Origin: Tubiluchus corallicola
Lineage: Eukaryota; Animalia; Priapulida
Direction: 5' to 3'
Length of the DNA stretch: 64,000 bases
Assembly (NCBI GenBank): GCA_030141605.1
Contig: JAQGDQ010000156.1
Coordinates: forward strand, 124,001-188,000
The notes below the pieces were generated by a model. It was not told where the DNA came from. It did no database searches and worked only from the letters and a program-made list of their open reading frames with translations. How positions within the stretch are numbered: the stretch's first letter is position 1; every line of letters begins with the position of its first letter. Both the position numbers and the translations under genes were made by a program. Positions 52,401 to 61,400 of this stretch are shown here, piece by piece.

Positions 52401-55400
52401 CCCACAAGCAAAGCACTTAGTCGAATCGGGATCCTGATCTGTCCCGCAGAAGTAGAAGCCGGCTTCGGCAAGGTTGTTAGGCGTACATAAGCAGTTATCA
52501 TCTTCACTACTGAATGGCCAATTGGCATTTGCAAAAGATTTGAGTCTGTTCTCTTGCAAGCACATACTGTTTAAATTTCTATTTTCTGGTGTATCATGCA
52601 CATCTACATCTGCATTGACTTCTGCAGTTGTATCCTCTTCGTTTCTCTCAAATTTCATTGTTGAAATACGAATTAATTGCTCCCTCGTCTTCTGTGCAAA
52701 CAACTTTAATTTCTGCAGTTGCTATAATGGCTGAACAATATTACCTAAAGGAAGATAAGAAAAGTGTTACATGAAAAGCAATGCTTCAAGGTGATTTTAT
52801 TTGTGGTGTAGCTCTGGAGTTTTGTTTGATACTCATCATGGTTTTATTTCCTTAATGTGTGCAGTACCAACCTGAAGGATCTAGAAGCAATACAGGAATT
52901 CTACTTATTCGAGACGTTACTAGTGCAAAAATCTAAAAACTTAATAATCAAACTTAAAAGAACAAACAAATTTTGAAGTAGTAGTCACCAGAGCAATAGT
53001 CAAGATTGAATGGATATGTCTAAACTATTTGATATTTTGATGCACACAGCAGAGTTAATGATGTTGCGTTACCTTTAATTACATGTACCAATAAGCGAAA
53101 GTATAATTTTTGATCACAGCAAACTTAGTGCAAATTTGTTAATGCCTATTTATGTTACATCATATCAAAATTTACCATCTAAGGCTATAGCCTTATTAGC
53201 CTTTAATGAGTAATCCACCCCTGATATTAGGCAACAAGAAGCAAAAAGCTTTTCATATAAACAAACATGATTTTCTTCTGTTTTTCAACAAATAATGTAG
53301 ATCCTTTAATTATCGCTTACAAGTCTTTTGTGAGGCCTCTCATAAAATACTGTACACCAGTCTGATCCCCGTACGAAGTTCAAGACATCGACTACATTGA
53401 AAGAGTTCAGCATTATTTTACCCAACAGGCTTTTTGATCGGTGTCAGTTAGGACACATTCCATATATAAATAAACTAGTTGAAACTGGTTTGCATTATTT
53501 TTGATTTAAAAATGATGTATGAGATTGTGCATAAGCTGGTAGAAAGTTTGTAACTCATTTGCGAGAACATGATATAAACTTTTTCTCAATTCTTCTAGGT
53601 TGAACTTGTACAAGTATCCTTTTTCAAACTGAATTTGTACCATATAGAATGACCTCAGTTATGCCATTGTTAATCACCCAGTCTATCAGTTTTTAGTATG
53701 AAGCTCGCCGAAAGTTATTTGTTAAAATATTGCAAATTTAATAGATTTTTGTAAAATATTTTTACCTTATAAAACACGATCTCTTCCAATTTTGACAAAT
53801 TTACACTTTGTATATATTTTATTGATATTTATATTTTTATTTTATATTTTAATATAATGTAAAATGTGTGGCAACGTACACTATATAATTATTCTAGAAA
53901 AAATGCTATAAATAAAAATTTCATTTATATTAGGTAACTTTGCCTCAGTTTTTGCCAAATTTGTCCCGATGCTCAATTTTGTCAACAATTACTTCAGGTG
54001 GTTAAGAAATCAGATAAACTAACTGTAGCCGTAGGGTACTTTGTTAATGTGGCCAACTTGCAGTTTGTCTGAAATATGATAGCCTAACGTTTAAAAAAGA
54101 ATAACGTAACGCTTACCTAGTTACAGTTATCTCTTTTGAATATCTTTTTACGATAAGTACATAGTAATGGTAAAACTAAAAAGTTCGCTAAGTTTCGTTC
54201 GTCTTCGAATTTCGCGGGCGTTTCCTTTGAATGAATCGGTACTAGAACCGGTCTAACTGGAAGTGCGCCCATCTCAGCTTCTCCTGACACCTGGTGCACG
54301 ATTTTTTGTACAGTCAGTAGCACAAGCAAACAACCGGTGTGAGCTTAGGTGTGCGTTGTAAATTGTTGAAGTTATTTATAAATTGTTTAAATTCGTATCG
54401 GAGTGTTTCTTCCACAAGATGAGTTGTACCAGAATACTCTTACTGCGACATGTTACTAGGACATATGCGCAGTCTTGTAGATCTTATACGAGTACGACAA
54501 CACGTGAAAAAATCAAAAACTTACTCAAGTCTTCCAAGGTCGTCGTGTTTATGAAGGGAGAACCTAGTGCGCCGAAATGTGGATTTAGTAACGCGGTTGC
54601 TCAAATTCTCAGAATGCATGGAGTCGAGTATGAAAGCCGAGATGTCTTGGAAGAACCTGATTTACGGCAGGGAATAAAAGATTTTTCAGAATGGCCAACT
54701 ATACCTCAAGTTTTTGTGAATGGCGAATTTGTAGGCGGCTGTGATATAATGTTGCAAATGCATCATGATGGCGAATTAGTGGAAGTACTAGAAAAAGCAG
54801 GAATCCGCTCAGCGCTTCTGGACAAAGAATGAGAAGCTGCATAGTATTGTTTTAGCTCAGCCATAACTTATTTCTCGTTACACAACTTCCTCTATTGCGA
54901 TGGTTGAACATTACTAGACAAATAGTGTGCTAGTGGAAAGAGTGACTGATTTGTTAAAAATTAATGGTATCAGCTAGTCATTTTTCTGCACCTAGTATTA
55001 TCAAGCGTAAAATTAACAGAATTAATCTGAGCTACTAAACAGTAGGAATTTGCTCCACTGTTTTGGAGAGAAATTCATCGGCCTTCAAATTGTGGTGTTT
55101 CCAGCCAGCATTAAGCTTTTTCACTACACTGGTTTACCCATTAAAATACCTATGCATAATTATGGAGTGGCCCATTTGTGTGAAAATAATGTTTGTAGAT
55201 ATTTTTGTTTGTGTGATGCCATGCCATTTTTGCATCAGCACTTTAACAGCAACGCAAGCTAAACAGTGAACACATTCTTTCTAAGATCCTCTTTCTGTAC
55301 CAGCACATTAATAAACATTAGAAGCGGCAGCCTTTTTCGCTTTCTCAATTGTAAATTAATTCTTCATTTGACTTGCATAAATTTACCGACTGAGTTTTGT

Positions 55401-58400
55401 GCTTGAACGATATTAATTGCAGCTGTGCAGTAGAATTGAACTGGGGTAAACTTTATGTTTGTATTACTGAGCTATTTGCATTAACTAAGGTATGTTGAAG
55501 AAAAACAGAAACTATAAAATCTACTTAAATTGCTCAGTGGTTTGAATGTCTGTGCATAACGCTGTATGTACAGTTTGCATTTTAATCAAACAGAAACTAT
55601 AAAATTTGATTAAATTGCTCAATTTTTGAAAGTCTGTGCAATAATGTTGTATGTACATTTTTCCATTTTAATCAGTAGAGCTTAAAAATCTTTTGCATTG
55701 TCTGCTACGTACTAGATGCTTTGGCTGCAACTTGCAATGTACAGCACATTAGCTCGGTGTAAATCGCTCATTCTTGTTAATAACTGCAAGGTTATGCTAG
55801 AGGGCATATAGGTACCATGTCTAAACCTTCATTATTATTTGATGCATGCAGCACTTGGTGTTACTGTGTTGCAGACATTTGATAAATTAGATCTTCAGGT
55901 AGCAGAGCTGCTGTGAATGAGTCTTGCAGGGAATAAACAAAAAGAAAGGAATCAAATTTCCCATCCTGCAGTCTTTCTGATCACATTTAAAAAGGCAAAT
56001 ACAATAAACTCTGCATAACTCAAATCTAACCGGACTGAAAAAACTGAGTTAGGCAATGTTGACCATTTTCCAGCATAGAAACTCTAAACCCCACCTCCAG
56101 ACAGCAAGCTAAAAAGAATGCAGAACGTCAAACCTTCTATAGATAAACGACGAGATTTGAAGACAATTACGTAAAGAATAACAAATTATGTAGTGAAACA
56201 CAATTTTTTATACATGTTACAAAAGGACACATGCACGACGCTGTTAAACAATATGACAGTGGGCCTACCAATGTTTTGTATACTGCAGTTCAGTTTGTGC
56301 GTAGTTCAATTATTTACACACACTCCGTCGAGTATTCATTTTCCCGGAAGACTGTACTGTTTTTGAAACTTTTTATTTTTCTAGAGTACAAATTTCATTT
56401 TTGAGTTACGTGAAGTAAATTACGTGTGTTTTGATTAAATGAACCATATTTTTTTTGTTTGACTTAGGTGAAATTTTGAGTTAAGTAAGATGTTTTTTAT
56501 TTGTTGGAAAAACAGGGATTTCATCCATTCGCTGAAATACTTTGAGTTAGCCGAAAATTTGAGTTATGCGATTTTGAGTTTACTGTAATATCTAAAACAT
56601 ATGCGAGGCTGTTATTTAGAAATTAGGCAGTAAATTATAACATGGTGTAGCTATTATTTGCAATGAGCATGACGAAGCTTCGTCCTTATTGAGATATTCT
56701 GTTAATCAACGTGTTTCTTATTAGTTTTTGCAAACCCTACGTTAAAAAAGCCTGTGACTTGAGTGATCTGTCATTTGAGTAAAATGGTACTATCGCCATT
56801 GTGCGACTTGGTTCCACTGTACGTTATAAATTTGTCAATTACTCTGTAAAACCTAAAACCTACACTTTACTAATTACTTCATGTTAAAAATGCGATTCAA
56901 TTTCAATAACACTTATAATTTTAACGTTTTCTTAATTTGGGGTAGACAGATTTTTCTGTGACAGATTTACTGTTTTAACACAAATTAATAACATTTCATT
57001 GCCTTTATATGTCTGACATTTAAACAGTTTGTTTTTTTCACCTGTCACACCCACTAGTTCATACAAGAATGATCTTACATGGTAATCGTTAGAAGCCGCG
57101 TAGCAGATACTTATTATTCTTATGCTGTACTTTCTGGGTATTTTTGGGTCATTGCATAATTTATTTATAATATATATGGACAGTATTTTCTGTATGTTTT
57201 TTGTGTGAACGTTGTTAAGCACAGCTTGAAATAACGATTGCGGTGCAAAATTAGACTTTGTTAATGTCATTTTCAGCTGGTTGTATTAACATGTAATGCA
57301 CTTCTGTACTGAATGTATTGTTAATGCAATGCAGTGTTTTCTCCAAAATGAAGTCAAATTATGTAGAAATAAATAAACATAATATTTTAAGTGATTTCTG
57401 TTTTTTATAGTATTTTTACTCGTTCTTTCAGTTTCTCTCATGCTTAAAAATAATATATGGATTTTGTAATATAGCCGTTAGTTCTCACCATCAACAATAA
57501 TAATTTAGTTATATGTTCAAACACCTGCTGATGACAGTTACCATTGCTAACCAATAATCTACCATAAAACAATGTTACCAGAGGTGAAATTAAACCTGAA
57601 AATGTAATGATTTTTGTGTAATGCCTGTTAAAATTAATGTCATATTGGTAGTAGATGGAGATTTTCACATTTATTCTCAGGCTAGATGGTTACAAATAAA
57701 CTTAACACATACTCAGTACACGTGATATCACTACGCTCGGTATGAAATCAGTTTCAATATGTATTATCGGCTCTTGTATGATAGCCTTAACTATTCATTC
57801 TTAAAATGTGTTATTTTGTAAAGATGGTATGACCCGAATTCTTGTATCAGTTTATGAACTGCCTTTACTGACTGTGCATTTTGCTGGGAGGTATGCAATC
57901 ACAAACTAAAACCATGACTATCTCGGTGCATGGTTATTTACTGTATATACAATTATTGCAGCAAATCTCGTGCATTATAATTTGTCACACTGTAAATCAG
58001 TCTCCAGAACCCACTATCAATGATTACTTATTATACTGGTATTTGTGGCAGAATTGAAACGTTCTCAAAAATGAGGTAATTTACAAACAGAAGTATCTTA
58101 GCCATAGTTAAATTTGTGTCGATTCCTTCATAGCAAGGTCAATGTGGGAAAGCTGCACGACAAACAAACCCGTCCTGAAGCACTTTTCACAGCAGGCATC
58201 CGTCCATTTACTAACCGGGCTTGGTGTTCCTTAAAGGAAAACCGGATGATTGTGTAAACATTAGTTCGGAATAACAAATGCTGTAAAATATTGAAAACTA
58301 CAATAGCTTTTTTAAATCAAAGTTTAGATTAAATAATAATTACCTCGGATACTAAAATTTCGTTAAACTCTGAAAGCTACATGTGATTCAGTGAATTTAC

Positions 58401-61400
58401 TAAGATTGGCAACGGCGCATTTTTGTCACATTCGCGTGACCGACAAATAGAAAGCGGTACCATGATAACCATGTTCATGAACCGTTGTGTTAGTTTCTGA
58501 CGCCATATGACGTAAAGCCCTTTTTTCGTGAAATTATGCGTTTAAACAGTACTTTAGCACTTGTGCAAATGTGCTTAATGCACAAGGGAAGATGCCTGCC
58601 ATTGCCACACTGTGGTTAGTTTCTGACATAAGCAATAGCTGTGTTCGGTTGCCGTTAATTAACTTTCTAAGCTAATTATTCAAATATAAGGAACAATTGT
58701 TAACTTTTATAGGCAAGAAAATGTATATTTTGGACAGTAAATTAAAATGAGTTTGAGTCTAAACAATTGTCCGGTCTTCCTTTAAAATCAGTTGTTCAGC
58801 TACACCCCTTGCCATTTGTTATCAAAGCAGTATATTAAGTTGGTTTTGTATTTTGTAGGATGAACAAGCATAGTTTTGAGACTAGCGTGAAATGTTGTGA
58901 TACTGTACCAGAAATTCTATTTGTGTACCATTCTTCAGCAGTTTTTGCAGTATGTTAACCGAAAAGTATGTTCTTTTACAGCGAGGAGGTGACGGCCGTC
59001 AAGTATGTAGTGACCAATGAAGACGGGCAGCCAGTTACACCAGGCCACAGCTGGCCACTTCCTGATGAGATCCAACCCTGGCCACGGTCCAGTGAAGTTC
59101 AGCATCATGTAACTGACTTGGACACTGGTCTGCAAGTTTGTAAATGCAAACCCAGCAAAGTGTATTATTACTACACTAACTCCACTCAACCTGTAGAGGG
59201 TGATGACTTATTCCGAGCATTGTCAGCCATCAAAGATGCTTGGCTGGAGCATAATACAGGTAAATAAAATTAGTGATTTTTTTCTGAACATATGCTTAAT
59301 TTCTGGACACAATTAAGGTGTATGCACATACTATACATGTTGTAAGATTAAGCACAGGTCACATACTAAATAAAGAACCCTTATTAGTCGCCTCAGTCTC
59401 CAACACTGTTCATTGCAGCTTGCTCACTCATTTGTCACAGGACAGAGGGTTAAGTTTAGTGGTAACATGTCCGCTTTCCGTCTGGCAAAACCTCGTAGCA
59501 GACTTGTGTTGTCTTTTGAGTTTAAAGCCACCTTTAAATAAAAGTCTTATTATTATTATTATTGTTGTTGTTGTTGTTGTTGTTAAAATTATTATTGCTA
59601 CTTTAGCTGATTGTTTTTTGTTTTGTAAAAGAAATGTTTTTATTGTAGAAAACAGTAAAGGTTTATGGAGAATGCAGCTGCTTGCCGTAGAAGACGATCT
59701 ATATAATCCGCTTGGGTGAGTACTTTTTGATATCAGGGGCATATTAACCAATATCCTAACTAGACTATAGCTTATAGTGTCACATTTTAGGCTCCCAATT
59801 TTAAAAAAATTTAATCTCTTCAGAAAATGTATGTCCATTCATATTCATGTAAAACAGGCATAGTATAACACACCACAGGCAGTTAGTGAGATCAATTTCT
59901 ATATAAGTGCCATAAAACGAACAAGTAAAAGGCTACTACACAACAAGCAGTTACCCTTCATGCGTATAAGTGCTCGTAATTAACAATGATTATGTAGAAA
60001 CACCACAAATAATTGTTTAACCTATTCTGTACATAACTAATCATAAATTCACCCAGCAGATGGGTGGGACAGTTCTATCAGCCTAGGACATGCTGAAGTC
60101 TTCCTATATGTATATATATATATATATATATTGATTATTTTATTGCAAGACTGAGATTCTTTTTTGCAAAGTGAGTAATAATCAAATTAATCATTTAATT
60201 TATGATAAGATATTATAACTTTTGTCTAAACTTTGCGCTATAAAGTTGAAATGTATAGTGTTACTCTAAACTTACATGCTGTACTGTACACTGCTTAAGC
60301 ATTACTTTTTATGTCCAGTAACAAGGTCCAAGGGATCAAGTATACCATCCTTCGTGACAAAGAGGTTCCATTTGGCTACCAATTGGAAGAGCCGTCTCCC
60401 GAAGCGTTGGAAGAGAAGCTAGCTCCTCTCGGGTTCACTCGCTGCCCTTGTCCCATACGTAAAGCAGATTATGTACACGTAGTCAAAGTTGTTGCGCCAT
60501 CGGCAGACACCGAAAAACTTGTTAAAGTCATACGTGATGTATGGGTCGAAAATAATAAAGGTAAAAATAATAAAAAATTTATATATCCTCTAGATGCAGA
60601 ACTTCTAATTTCCATCTTTCCCACGAGTTTTTTTCTCGTGTGTTTTTTATGTGTGGAATTCTTTACTGTCATTTGTTAATGTTAACAATATCTTTACTAA
60701 CTTCAAGAAGAATACCAATAGATGTGCAGCGCAAACAATTAAAGTGTTTTGTAACTCTAGGTTTTCTAAATCTCAAACAATTTTCTAGGTTATGTGGATC
60801 AGTGCAATTGTGTTGTGAAAGTTGTAGTCGTAGACGAAGAAGAAAAATCAGGAGAGAATGGGTAAGAAATTGCTTATGTAAATGTGTGCCCGTGAGACTC
60901 TCATTCTGCAAGTAAATGTAATAAATGTGAGTAATCATCCCCTTAATTATCCAGACTAAGTTGTATTGCAGTAAGTCTGTTGTATTGCAGTCATATTGCA
61001 GTTGTATTGCATACTATTTTTTCAAAAATGACTTGCATGAAAGAATTATTGCCACACAAACACAATTTCACGTTCGCACCACTAGTTCTTCGCTGTTACA
61101 TGCATTTCACCATTCTCTAGTTAGACGGGCACTAGCGCCTGTATTTCGGAAGCGCATTACACAAAAACAGGTGCTGTACCTCTCAGTTCAGATTAGTCAG
61201 TTTCTGATGAACTACGCACGTTCGACAGCTCATGAGTGCGCACAGCGATAAATTTGAAATTTCAATTTTAATCTTAAACCATGCCTAGTTTTAGTACAAC
61301 ACACTGAATATCTTACAGTAGCACTGTACTTCAATTTTCGCTTTTGCAAATACATGCAACACGCTCGTACAATATTTGCTGTTCAAAATTATGTTAGTTT

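Noticed and set aside
52659-52703. ORF-track upstream starts for BIRC5 (52703) and GLRX5 (54383)
   Set aside because: These are TTG codons; the first in-frame ATGs are at 52658 and 54419
54117-54329. 70-aa minus-strand ORF between BIRC5 and GLRX5
   Set aside because: Non-ATG start, overlaps the promoter and presumed UTR exon, and its stop coincides with the splice donor
49129-56585. Two direct MITE copies as ends of a composite transposon that delivered BIRC5 and GLRX5
   Set aside because: Host exon 38 (50016-50070) lies between the left copy and the nested genes; the copies are diverged and the right one has its own TIRs and TA TSD, so independent insertions are more likely
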